This document shows positions 1 to 11,877 of a DNA stretch of 64,000 bases, in pieces. The stretch covers positions 119,724,001 to 119,788,000 of the forward strand of contig NC_045696.1 in the NCBI RefSeq assembly GCF_009834535.1, read 5' to 3'. The translations under genes and the position numbers were made by a program. Source of the DNA: Camelus ferus (taxonomy: Eukaryota). Positions within the stretch are counted from its first letter, which is position 1, and each line of letters starts with the position of its first letter. Under the pieces are notes generated by a model. That model ran no database searches. It saw only the letters and a program-made list of their open reading frames with translations, and was not told the origin of the DNA.

Positions 1-222
1 AACTGGGCAGGCACCCGCAGAATGAATGCTAGCTGCTGTTTATGCCTGTTACTCACACAACAATACGACAGTGCAGTATGCACCTTTGTATTACTATGTA
101 TTTTCTTGCGCTTAAGTTTTTGCTAGAGGGATATTCTTTCTGTCTTCATTTCTCTACAGTGAGTTGTTAGTAATGAGATACATGTTCATAAATAAAAGAG
201 TTGACAGAGTTTTTCCTCCCAG

Positions 223-305
223 AGATGCTGGTGAGCAGTGCTAGTGCAGACCTGACTCTGCAAGACAGCAGTAAAAACACCGCGCTCCATCTGGCTTGCG
301 GCAAG
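223..305 (+). CDS. ANKRD28: ANKRD28 internal coding exon (ankyrin repeats; PP6 regulatory subunit A)
   Basis: ttcctcccag| acceptor and |gtacgt donor; 83 bp encoding (E)MLVSSASADLTLQDSSKNTALHLACGK, matching the recalled ANKRD28 C-terminal ankyrin repeats. Confidence 0.95.
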
Positions 306-740
306 GTACGTGCGCACTTCAGGGGTGTTTTCACTGTTAATATCAACAGCGGCATTTAAAGGTTTTCCACTTGACTGAAATGAGCAGAGATAGGGACCAA
401 ACTTCTCTAATAACCATTGGCATCAGATTTGTTGGGGAAAAAACACTGACGTGTTAAGCACCGTGATACATGGACGTTTCCCATCAGCCAAGTAAGCTGT
501 GGAGCACAAGCCTAAATGTAATTACTGCCTTTCTCTCACCTCTCCGATCTTAAATGTCCTCATCCTCGACCCCATCACACCAACACATGTTTGGACAGAT
601 ATGTAAGGCATTTGCCAAAGAATTCATGGTGTATGTATGGTGCTGTATATATTATATGGACTAGGGTTGGGGTGTATTGAGGGTATAAATGTATCTTTAA
701 TGGTGCCTAAGTTTTTAAGAGTTATTTGCCATAATTTTAG

Positions 741-823
741 GGTCATGAAACTAGTGCCTTGTTAATACTGGAAAAGATAACAGACAGAAACCTCATCAAT
801 GCAACCAATGCAGCTTTGCAAAC
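741..823 (+). CDS. ANKRD28: ANKRD28 internal coding exon
   Basis: ttttag| ... |gtgagt; encodes GHETSALLILEKITDRNLINATNAALQ(T); phase 0 start fits the previous exon. Confidence 0.95.
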
Positions 824-1758
824 GTGAGTACCTGCAGGGTGAACCTTGTGACCCGAAATTAAGATGTTTAATGGGGTTTGTTCCTAACATGGGACCACTG
901 GAGTCAGTCTCTCACGGAAGCAGTTAAAAAATAAAGACCGATTTTTATAATTGACAAAACTCATTGCTAAAATCATCACAATGAAAAGACATTACTGGAA
1001 AAAAACAGGTCTTGAGCTGAAACTTTATTGTTGAAAAAGTGTTTTTTCAGTCCACTTTTACAGAAGAAAGTAATACTATTCTGTGTGTTTGAATGGCAGC
1101 CAGCTGGAATAATCCATTATTTGACACTAGCAAAAAATGAGAGAAAAAGGTGTATTATGTGTCTGTGAGCCAGCCTCACAGTAATGGCTTAAACCTTGTG
1201 TCAGCGTCTCTCACTGTCCTCTCCCAGCTTCCATTTGCTACTTTGAGACTTGGTAAAGAGAAAAATCCCACAATACTGGTCTCATTCAGATATCAGTATT
1301 TGGACCTTTTAAGGGTCCAAAAATCAGTCATGGAGCCTCTAAACTGTTTTCAAAGCCTATTGGAGTTTGCACTGTTGCAATGTCCAGTTTTTGTTGTATA
1401 TTGTTACACGTGTTGCAACCACATTTCCTAAAACAATTAACACGATTTAGTTGGTGAAATCCTTTTAAACCTTGAGTCTTGAGGGGAACTAGCAACAGGG
1501 TTTGGTGAAGGTGGGAACTCAGTGCTGGGGCACAGTGCTCGGAGGAGCCGTGCTAACGAGGCCAGGCCCTGCACCCCGCATGGGCTCTGCCGTCTCGTCC
1601 CCCTACTCTGCGTCTGCGTTGCCCTTGGGACTCAGTGCCTCCAGTTCGTACCTCTGGGTCTTCACAGCCTAGCAGAAATGCTCTTCAATCCCAGGACGGG
1701 TTAGGGGGGCTATGCACGTGGGCAGCATGTATGTACATGCACACATGTCTCCCCCCAG

Positions 1759-1850
1759 GCCTCTGCATGTTGCTGCCCGGAACGGGCTAACAATGGTGGT
1801 TCAAGAACTTTTGGGGAAAGGAGCAAGTGTGCTTGCCGTAGATGAAAACG
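1759..1850 (+). CDS. ANKRD28: ANKRD28 penultimate coding exon
   Basis: ccccccag| ... |gtaagt; encodes [30 protein letters not shown](G); phases compatible on both sides. Confidence 0.95.
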
Positions 1851-2419
1851 GTAAGTAGGTTCCATTTCTTTCTTAAACCTCTTACTTCTGTATGTGAAAT
1901 AAAGTAAATCTGGATGTTTTTTATTGGTCAAAGAGGAGAGCTGAAGTTAATACTGAGAGTACTTACTTTGTGGCAAAGGGAATACGGGCAGGAGAGACAG
2001 GGAAGGGCCGTCTAACAGATGAACTTCCGAACCCCGTATGTCTGGTAAATCCGAGGTGGTGGTTATTAACTGTGCTTTAGTGATTCTGCCTTTGTTTTTA
2101 GGATTCAGAGACTTTATTCTGTCACCAGCTATTTGTCGAGGCCGTTAAGTGCCAGGTCTTATCTAAAGCTAATCTTCCCACTTCTGCATGGCATCCTGTT
2201 CTCCTTTGCCTAGTTGAGACGCACTTCAGCATTTCTTCCCGTCTGTCCTGTAGGAATCGTTCTAGATTATCCCATCAATATAGAAACATTTCTCTATCTT
2301 AAAAAAATGTTTGATTAATCCCGCCACTCCTGCCGTGTTTCTCTGTTCCCTGGGCAGCAGGGACTGGAGTCAGTACTCCCCCCGTCCTTAATTCCCCTCC
2401 TTCATTCTCTTAAATCCTA

Positions 2420-3200
2420 TCCAGTCAGACCTTTGCCCCCACCACGTACAGAGCTGTTCTCAGCAAGACCACCAGTGATCGCCACTTTGAGACAATTCTT
2501 AGTTCTCATTTTATTTGACCTAGACCTCATTTTACTAGAATTTGACCTGATTATTCCTTTTTTAAAAATAGGAATAAGCTTTTAATATGGAATTTAGTAT
2601 ATATGTGACAAAGGGATGTGAAGGTTGCATCTGCCCTAGCTGGGGTCCGGCAGCCCCTAGACGGTCCCTGTGTTGTCCCCGGACCAGCAGGTGCACACCT
2701 CTTCAGGGCAGGAGAGGGAGAGCTGGGAGGCGTGTGATGTGATTTCAGTGTCCTTCCTCAGGAGGGTGTTCATTCACAAATGCTGGTACCTTGAATTGAT
2801 AACTAGCTTGATGGGTAGATTAAGTCACCAGCTTTATTGGAGCTGAAATTTTTTATTTCTTAATTTTTTATTGAGGTGTCATTGGCATACAACATTATAG
2901 TGCTTTCAGGTATCTCCCTTTTTTTGAAAAAAATTTTACTTGGCTTTTAGGACTCCACACTTTCTTGGTTTTTCTCCTCATTTCTAGTTCTTCCCAGTTC
3001 CTTACGCAGTTTCTCCCTCTCCTCCCCAGCGTCTTCACATTGGAGGGTTCTAGGACTCAGTGTTCGGTTCTTTTCACTTTCCCTGGGGGACCTCACCCAG
3101 GCCCTTGGTTCTCAGGGCTGCCCTTGTACTGAGAATCCTAAGTCCGTATCCCTGGATTTATAGATCCAGCTGCCTTGTTGACAGCAGACCTCTTGGCTAA
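2420..3200 (+). mobile_element. L2 (LINE-2) fragment in the last ANKRD28 intron, interrupted at ~2558-2912
   Basis: L2-like motifs (ccagtcagacctttgcccccaccac...cttagttctcattttatttgacct; cttggcttttaggactccacactttcttggttt) on both sides of an insertion. Confidence 0.6.
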
Positions 3201-4520
3201 TAAACCTGCCTAGATCTGAACCGCTGCCCCTCCCCTCCTCCCTCGGAGCTGCTCAGAACGCCAACCGAGGCCTCCCTGACTCCTCTTCTCCCAGCGTGCA
3301 ATCCACCAGCCTGCCCTGCTGGTCCTCCTGCACAAAGTATGTTCAGAATACACCCCCTTCCTCTCCTCCCCCCGCTTCTCCCCCCGCACCTCCTCCCCGC
3401 TCCCCAGCCCAAGGGCCCCTCCCCTTGCTCCCATGCCCGAGTCCCTTCACAATACGTGAGAAGATCCCACTCCTCCCGTCCCAGCTCCCTCATACCCCTT
3501 AGACAGTCTCCCAGGCCCTCCACAGTCAGGCTGCTGCCCTGTGACCCTTCCAGCCTCAGCTCCTGCTGCTCTCCTCGCGTCCTGTCCTCCACCCCAGGGA
3601 CATCCACGCATGTTGATCATTTAAGATTTGGTATGTTTTTCCTTACAAAGTGCGAATAACAGTAAAAGTCACCTGTGACCGCTGTCCCTGACACACTTTG
3701 CAATGTGAGATAATCATCGTGGTCCAGCATTAGCAGGTCATGTAGTAAGTACTGATCCTATTTTATAATCAATTCTAGCTTCAGAATAACGATCCAGTTA
3801 CACGCTGCTCCTGAAACAGCAGTTGATGGTTCACGAGGCTCTGTGTGTTCTCACGGTCTCTCCCGACCCAGCCTGGGTGCCCAGTGTTCTTACCAGTTTG
3901 TTGTACTCATACCGTGTGGTGCCTTAGGACTAACGTCAGTCTTCTGCTAAAGAAAGGAACATAAACAAAGGAGACAGACATTCTGACTCAGGCGCTTTCG
4001 GGCTGCTTAGTTTACCTGCTCTCGCCTGTGGACTCTGATCCTGTAAGAGAGTTAGCCGACAGCTGAGCGCCGTGTTTCTCCTGAGCCCCTGCTCAGAGCC
4101 CCTCCATGAGCGCAAGCGCCTCTAGGTTTCCCAGCCTGTACGCGCTTATTGCTCCTCTGCAGGTCTGTTAGTAAGACTCTCCCACCATTCAGAGTGAGGG
4201 CTCACCCGTCTGGCTTTCCCCCTTACCCTAGCCCTGTCTTCTGTGAGTTCAGAAGGACCTGGGGGCATCATCCATCTCTGGGCCCCCGTCTCCTCTGCTA
4301 CCGTGTAGTTTGTTAAGTCTTTCCTCCCCCATCCCCAGATTCCTGTGACTTTTCTCTTTTTCTACTTGTTGGAAAGTTCTGAATCGTTCTAATTAAACCA
4401 GTGTATTATAAGCCAGGAAATGTAAAGTGTATCTAAAGTTGAAGGTCTTTAGGCTTACTTCCTTCAATTAGTGAAGTGAGTCTCCCTCATTTCACTTTTA
4501 AATTTGATCTCTACCTCTAG

Positions 4521-4807
4521 GCTACACCCCAGCTCTGGCCTGTGCTCCCAACAAGGACGTGGCCGACTGCTTGGCCCTCATTTTGGCCACCATGATGCCT
4601 GTCTCATCCAGCAGCCCCTTGTCATCGCTGACATTCAACGCTATTAACCGTTACAGCAACACCTCAAAGACGGTCAGCTTCGAGGCCTTGCCCATCATGA
4701 GGAGCGACCCCAGCTCCTACTGCAGTTTCAACAACGTGGGCGGGGAGCAGGAGTACCTGTACACCGACGTGGACGAGCTCAACGACTCTGACTCCGAGAC
4801 CTACTGA
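4521..4807 (+). CDS. ANKRD28: ANKRD28 last coding exon
   Basis: ctctag| acceptor; (G)[60 protein letters not shown]...[11 protein letters not shown] then TGA at 4805-4807; includes a KTVSF RVxF-type motif. Confidence 0.96.
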
Positions 4808-7800
4808 GAGGCTGAGCCAGGGGCCCGGGGTGCTGGCGCTGTGCTTTTTCTGGAAAAAGGCACCTTCTTATGCACGCACAGATTCAACCTGAGAGATCGC
4901 GGAGTAAGCGAATGTAAGAAACATGATGACGTTAAGAAGAAGAGTTTTAAAGGCAAGTTTTGCAAAAGGAACTTCTGGAATCTTGAAATCGACTTGACCA
5001 AGGACACCCCGCCGTCGAGATGCTCGGTGGGATTGTGCGATTCGGTCTTGCAGTGCCAGGAGTGATCTGGGACACTGCACCCTAGTCTGCTTACACAAGC
5101 AACACTATGGTAAAAGAGGAGATCAGGACACTAGATTTAACCTTTACCAGTAAAACGACAATTAAACTTAAGGGCAATAAAAGTTTGGTACAGTAGGCAT
5201 TACTGCACAGTAAGTTGCCAAAGGACCAAATAACTTGAAGGTTTTTAATAGAACGCCACTTGCGGAAGCAGAGCGGGTGAAATGAGACATTATCTAAACC
5301 AAACTTTAATATTTCTGAAAATGAAGCTGAGATTTGGTTTTAAATGTTGATTTTTTTTTGTAAGAAAACATCTGAAAGCCTTCTAATACTGTATTAAACC
5401 ATGAGAGAAAGCAGATGTATTTTTACATTTTTTTCTTTTACATAAAAATTTTAAAATTCCAACTTTTATAATACTAGAATTGAAAACCAGCTGACTGGGT
5501 GCAGTCAGGGTGGAAATATTTGTGACGTAGACACAAGACAGGTTGGGGTCGGGCTCCTGCTGCCCAGTCGTGAGTGGTTTAGGTTTTAAATTGAACTATT
5601 TTTGTTTGAAAATGTAAAGGGTTTCCTAGAAGAAAACCTCATGAAATCAAAAAGTAGATTATTTTCACCCTGTTGCAGCTAAGTGGTCCTGGGGAGTGCA
5701 GTTTCAGCCTCACTGCTCTGGATGGTACGCCTGTGTCTCTGACATCACCCTGTGCCTCCACAGCGGCTTGGGGGGTTTCTGTTGTCGGTGGTTGGTGAAG
5801 AACCAAAAAGAAAACTCCCTTGTTATCCGTAAGGTAACATCATTGGGTGTCTTGGAAGGCACGTCCATATTGGGCACGGTTTACCTGAAGCGTTCGGGTC
5901 TTCTTGACACTGGAAGCAGCATGTGTGTGACGGGCTGCGGGTGGGGAGAGAAGCAGCTGTCTGCTGAGCTGGGAGGCCGCCTTTCAGAGAACAAAAAGGG
6001 GGAAGGGCTGACGTTCAGGCTTTTAAATACCAGTCTCCGTGAGTCTGCCTTTACTGTACCTGTCACTTTCCCGTGAAATTGATTTCACATATGTGGGAAG
6101 GAGTCTTATAGGTCTGGGTGAAGTTCCATGAATTTTCACAAAATGATACCCAATTTCATTTTATTCTTTTTGTATTGTGAAACTGGAAAACTTTATGACA
6201 TTGTAAATTATCAGCTGGTTTTTCTGAATATAAAGTGTGAAAACACAGAACAGTATTTTGATCTATTTGATAATTTTGTGGGTTTTTGAAGAATTAATGA
6301 GCATGTAAATAGAAATAGTGACTGCTTGAATACTGTATTGACTTGCACTCTTTCAGTACATCAAGATCCCTGTATATTTTAGAGTATAATAAAACACAGA
6401 TGTGAGCTGTATTTAATGAATAATGTATTTGTATCTGTGCATAGTACCTAAAAATCTATAAAATTTCTAGGGCATTGACTACTAGTTTTAAGCATTTTTT
6501 TCTAAGATATTTACAGAAATTATAAATGTAATCTTCCATCTTTCCTTTATAATATAAAGGAGTGATAACAGATCCTTCCTCCTCCTCAGTGGCAGGAAGG
6601 TGAATTTGCATTTTAAAGACCGTGAATTTGCATTTTAAAGACCGTGGACTGCGTTTTCTATTGTACCTTTTGAAACAAAAAGAAAAAACTCAAGAGGATT
6701 CTAAAGTACGTATCTGTGTGCTTTCTCTTTCCTTTTAGGAATTCACTTCTGAATTCCCTGAGGGAATCTCCTAGAATCTCAGAATTGAAAGAGACCTGGG
6801 GTTCATCACTAACTCTTAACAGATGCAGGAGTCCCTTCTCCAAGGGTGACCTTGCCACCTTGGACACTTGCAGTGACTACCTCACCGCGCAGCCCGCCCA
6901 CCGGCTGAGCCGCCCAGTCCGCAAGGCCCTCCGTGCCCGGCGCCGCATCCTCCCTCCCGTACCGGTACCTGCCGCCCGTCCGGGGCCGGCTCTGCCCTCC
7001 AGGAGAACGCCCAGGACTCACGCCCTCTGCCACACCTTCTCTTTTACAGGCCGTGCGACTTGTCTGCGGAAGTGATTTCCAGAAGGACGCATGAGACACA
7101 CTGTTAGATGGACCACATCTAACCAGATCCAAGGTGTAGCTATAAAGTAACAAGTGTTTTTAATTTAGCCTCCCACGTCCCAGAATTTAGATCTTGCACC
7201 ACTTTATGTAAAAGATGCCGTGACTGAAAATACCTGTGGTGCGGTGGTTCTTCCCATGGTTTGCGCACTGGGAAAGCCGTTCCATTTCTTTGTGATCGCG
7301 CTGTGTGAGCGTCTCCTCCCTCCCCGCCCCCCCCCCCCGCCCCCGCTTGAACAACCGCTTCCTCCGGCCTGCCCCTGATGAGGGGGGCCCCACAGCGCCG
7401 CCCACGCAGGGAACGGGCGGCACCAGCATCGCGCCGCCCGCGGGCCGCCTGCGCAGGAGCGCAGCGTCGCGGTCAGCTCCTTTATAGTTACACCTTGTCT
7501 GTCAGAAGCGGTCAGGCCCTGCTCTGCAGTGGGTTTTCCACGCACAGAATAGAAAAGCCTGTTTGCTTTTTTAACTTCTGCATGAAAGGCGCCGTCTGGA
7601 GTATCTGGTGTGTGTGAGAACACCAGCTCCTCCTGCTCCAGAGCTGCCCTGCGGGCGGCGCGGGAGCAGCAGTGACCCCCTTTAACAGGACGCTCATCTC
7701 AAACAGTGCCATTCACTTCAGGAGAGCTCTAAGTGTAGCTGTCAAATTGGGGTTTAATTTGGCTAATATTGGACCTTTTCAACGAAATAAAGTTTTTTAA

Positions 7801-7810
7801 TGCAGTAAGT
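4808..7810 (+). other. ANKRD28: ANKRD28 3'UTR with candidate polyadenylation signals
   Basis: Sequence after the stop with no recognisable interspersed repeat; AATAAA at 5176-5181, 6388-6393 and 7786-7791, the last followed by a GT/T-rich tract; the 3' end position is inferred. Confidence 0.65.
6600..6646. repeat. Perfect 22-bp tandem duplication
   Basis: gtgaatttgcattttaaagacc x2 plus gtg. Confidence 0.95.
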
Positions 7811-7903
7811 CAAGTGTCTTTCTTTTTCCTGGGCAAACGTCTTTTCCTTTATCTTAAAATGTCTGATTAGTGTTCAGTTGTAACTAGTTTTGACTTTTCT
7901 TTT

Positions 7904-8054
7904 TAATGTTTCTCTTTTTTTAAAAAAAAATAATTTGGGGGGTGGGCGGGAATTAGGTTTGTTTATTTACTTTTAGAGGAGGCACTGGGGATTGAACCCA
8001 GGACCTTGTGCATGCTAAGCGTGTGCTCTACCGCTTGAGCTACATCCTCCCCCC
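7904..8054 (-). mobile_element. tRNA-derived SINE (camelid Vic-1-like)
   Basis: Reverse complement has tRNA A/B boxes (tagctcaagcggtagagc...gggttcaatcccc) and an A-rich tail; 18-bp TSD agttttgacttttctttt at 7886 and 8055. Confidence 0.9.
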
Positions 8055-8139
8055 AGTTTTGACTTTTCTTTTAAAAATTAATTTTCAGTAAAACTGTTCT
8101 AGAATTTAGATGAACCTTTCAAAATGGGCTTTTCAAATA

Positions 8140-8430
8140 CAGTTATTCAACAAATACTTCCTGCTTGCCAGCTGCACACAGGGGGCTGGGAGTGAGTGGA
8201 CAGTGAGCCTAGGAATTGTGCCCCTGTCCCCCTGAGGCTTATCATCTCATCGTGGAGAGGTCCACACCTAGAAGGAGAAAGGAGGAAAGTGTCACTGAGA
8301 TGGAGGCGAACTGCTAACGAAGGAAGGGCAGAGAACAGCAAGTCACTCTGCGAAGGAAGATCAGAGCAGGCTTCTTGGAGGAGCTGACATTTAGGCTGGA
8401 CATGGAGGAACAAACATGACGTGAGCAGGT
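8140..8430 (-). mobile_element. L2 3' end fragment
   Basis: ttattcaacaaatacttcctg... and ggcttcttggaggagctgacattt resemble the reverse complement of the L2 3' end. Confidence 0.5.
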
Positions 8431-8719
8431 GGAGAAGGGGCAAATGATAGCCTAGGTGAGAAGGACAAAATCAGCAGTTCTTAAAATGGTTGGTGGAGGG
8501 GAGGTGGGTGGAAGAGATGCCAGCCCATAGCCTTCCTGAGCAGAAACAGGCCAGGAAAACCTACAAAAGAGCTCGTTACAAATATGCACAGAAGTCAGGG
8601 AAAAGTGAGAACAGCCAGGTACATACAGACAGGGGACTGGAGGAGCAGGCAGAGCTGACAAGTAACTTCACGCTGCTGCTACTCCCAGCAAGTGCCCACG
8701 TGTTTGTCAGTACCAGGCG

Positions 8720-8880
8720 AGGTCGTCAGTACTTGAAATACATCTCTCAGTCCGCACGGCTGTGCCATGAGGTAGGTCCTATTAACAGCAACATTTGACA
8801 GATGAGGGATGAGACAGGTCAAGTCGCTTCTGCCCACGCTTGCTTGGCCAGTAATTGGTGAAGCCTGGATTCAAATCCAC
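8720..8880 (-). mobile_element. MIR fragment
   Basis: catttgacagatgagg...ctggattcaaatcca resembles the MIR core in reverse orientation. Confidence 0.55.
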
Positions 8881-11732
8881 CACCATGGGAGCTCTTGGTC
8901 ACCTGGTGACCTCTGACGTCCTCCAGCGTGCTTTCTGGGCCTGGTTGAAATCGGTGGTTTTGAAGTGGGACCACCTGCTTGGCTAAATTATGTAATAACT
9001 TCCTTTCGGTTTTATTCTCGTAGGTCATGAGCTTCAGAAGAAACACACGAAAACGCAAGACGTTCCGCAAACACCTGCTGCGCACTAGGCTCTGGGCGGC
9101 CCGCAGTCAAGGGAGAGGCGACAAAAAAATGTGTCCTAGGGACGGAGCGAAGAGAGGGACACCTGCTTAGGCTTCCGCTGCTGCCTCAAGTCCCTCAGCC
9201 TGAGCCCTCATCCTCTCTCCTGCCTCCGCAGGTTGGCTGACGGCCCGGCGGGGTGACGCCTCTGTCTGGAGTCTGGCCGGGCTGCTCCGTCCGTGCTCCT
9301 CCGTGACTGCCGCATGGGAGGGTGACCCGCCCACTGCGCACTGGCTGCTCCTCCGTGAGATGGGCGGCGGGCTCTGCGCGGAGGGGAGGGATGACCAGAG
9401 TCCACGTCACGGTCCACGTCACGTGGGACGGTGACCAGCCCATTCGTCACTGTCTCTGTGTATCCACGGGCTTGCTGAGCAGCCTCTGCCACCCCGCCTT
9501 CTCCTCCCCTTCCTGTGGTTCCCCTTCTGGTTGGTGTAGGGAGTCCAATGTCAAGGTGGGCGGCCAAGATGAACTTGGACTTGGGAAGTTCTCGCCCGGC
9601 CGTGTAGAACTCACTGGACTTCCTCTTTTCCAAGGGTGGAGACCCAACCTTCTGCCTGCCCCCGACTCCAGAACAATGTAGCACTGGCCCCTTGCGTGCC
9701 TTCTGGGACCGTCCCCTCCCCATCGGAGCCTGATCTAACCGAAGACCGAGAGTACAAAGCATCCAGGGGTAGACAGCTCTCCGCTCCATCTGGACCATTT
9801 CACTGGCCCCTACCTCACCGCTCCAGCGCTGCTGCGAGCTGCTTTTCTGCGCCTTCCTTTGTGTAGTTCCTGTTTCCTGCAGGCAGTTTCACTTCTTAGG
9901 ATTCTTACCTGTCTTGTTTCTTCATTAGGAAAGAAATACAGGCTGAGGTGGTACTCCCTTAATTTGAAAAGCCCGAGATTTAATCTTAAAATATTTCTTC
10001 CTCTTCGCCCTCCTCTAAACTGCACAGTGAAAATGCAGTTTTCCTTTAAGCCCTGGGGCAGACGGTTCTTGAGCACGCTCTGCACAGGCAGTGTCTTAAA
10101 TCCTGGAGCTACCCCAGGGTTAAAGCTCCTGCCCTTGGGAAGCGTACGTCTCAGCTGGGGAGAGAGACAAGACGAGAATCAGATGGTTCTCACTCTAAAG
10201 AGGAAGGCTGGTGAGCCTAACTGGGTGGCTGTTTAAGATTTGGTATTTGGGGGAGGGGGGCATCCTTGATTGAGAAAATGCCTTGGCCATTTATGCTCTA
10301 GGGGATTCCATAAACAATTTCTGATGGGAGACACCGTAAGATCTTGCTGAAAAAGCGGAAGAAGTTTGAAGGAACAAACTGGCAAAAGCAGGAAGAGGAC
10401 AGAGAGCGATGGTGAGCTGATCCCCCAGAGCAAACCTGAGGATTCTGCTGAGGTCACTCTCGCCCGAGGGCACATCGTGGCTCAGCCCGAGCAGCGGCAG
10501 GCACTTGAACAGAGAAGGCGTCTGGGTGAGTGGAAGCGTCTCGCAGACGCCTGTGAGCTCAGCCGTCCCCAGTCCACGGCGTGTGACCTGCCTGCACCTT
10601 CAGCTAGAAATGAGCACGGCACAATGCTCGGGGTTAGGTCAGCACTAAGCTCTAAAACTCGGGCTGTACGGTGATGCTGTCCACCACCCCCCGCCCCAAA
10701 GAAAGAAAAAGGCAACTTGGCTTGTTTCTGGTACCCAGGGTAACAGCAGGAACTGCGACAGCGCCTCCAACCTCGCGGGAACAATCAAAATGCAATTTTT
10801 ATGTTGACAGTAAAATTTTCAGCTGACATCTTACTTCTGTGTAACCTGGTTTGAACCCTCACCCCTGCCACAGAGATGGTGGGACCCGGGATATGTGAGG
10901 AAGAACTGTTTGTGGTAGATATTCATGGTAAGAAATGCCAAAGGCACAGAGAACGTGGATGAAGAGAAGGACAAGGGGCTTCTGGAGAAGGGCTTTGTCT
11001 CCTCCCATCTGGGAGGCAGAGCGTAGGGCAGGGGAAGAAAGGCCTCCGGCTGCCTGCAGCCAGGTAACTACTAGGAACAGGACCTGAGACATTGCAAATG
11101 GTCAGACAGCTTTTGCCAAGTGAGGTCGGTGAAAATGGCCGAGCAAGGACCTCTGAGTCTTGATAAGAACGGGGGCCTCTGTGGCGTTACCACTCGCTCC
11201 AGTTGCATCCCTCATTCCCGCTCTGCAGGCGCCCTGACAGCTGACAGCCCCCATTCTCCATGCAGCCTCATGGCCGCCAGGACAAGGAAGACAAAGCTAG
11301 AGCCCTTTCAAAGCCTCATTCCCAAACCATGTCATCGTTTGGCCTGTCGATGGTACCCGGGGCCCCTGCTCACCATGCTGTCTGCAGTGGAGCTAACTCA
11401 AAGCTGACCCCGTGTGAAAGTTACTCTCCCAGGAGAGGTGTTTCTCAAAAACAAATACAGGCAAGAGCTCTAATGTTTCACTTGCCTTAGAAGATGGACA
11501 AGAGCTGGCAAGCAACAGACAACCCAGCGGCTTAACAGGAAAACCCAGGGGGATCGGCGCCCATCGGAGACTTGGAAAGCTCTGATGTGCTTACAGAAAT
11601 CCAAATGCCACGCGTATTCAGAGCTGTGTGCATGATCATGGAAGGCCTGAGGCTGCCCTACATCCTCACCTGTGGCTCATTTTGAGGCTCTGCACAAGCA
11701 GGAGGTGGAAGCTAATTTTCAACTGCGTTTTG

Positions 11733-11877
11733 GTTTTTTTTAAGTATTATTTTTTCATTATTTGGGGGGGGGGGTAGTTTTACCTATTTCTATATTTTTA
11801 GAGGAGGTACTGGGGATTGAACCCAGGACCTCGTGCATGCCAAGCATGTACTCTACCCCTGAGCTGTACCCTCCCCC
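11733..11877 (-). mobile_element. tRNA-derived SINE (Vic-1-like)
   Basis: ggaggtactggggattgaacccaggacctcgtgcatgc...tgagctgtaccctccccc; degenerate TSD ctgcgttttg/ctgagttttg. Confidence 0.9.
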
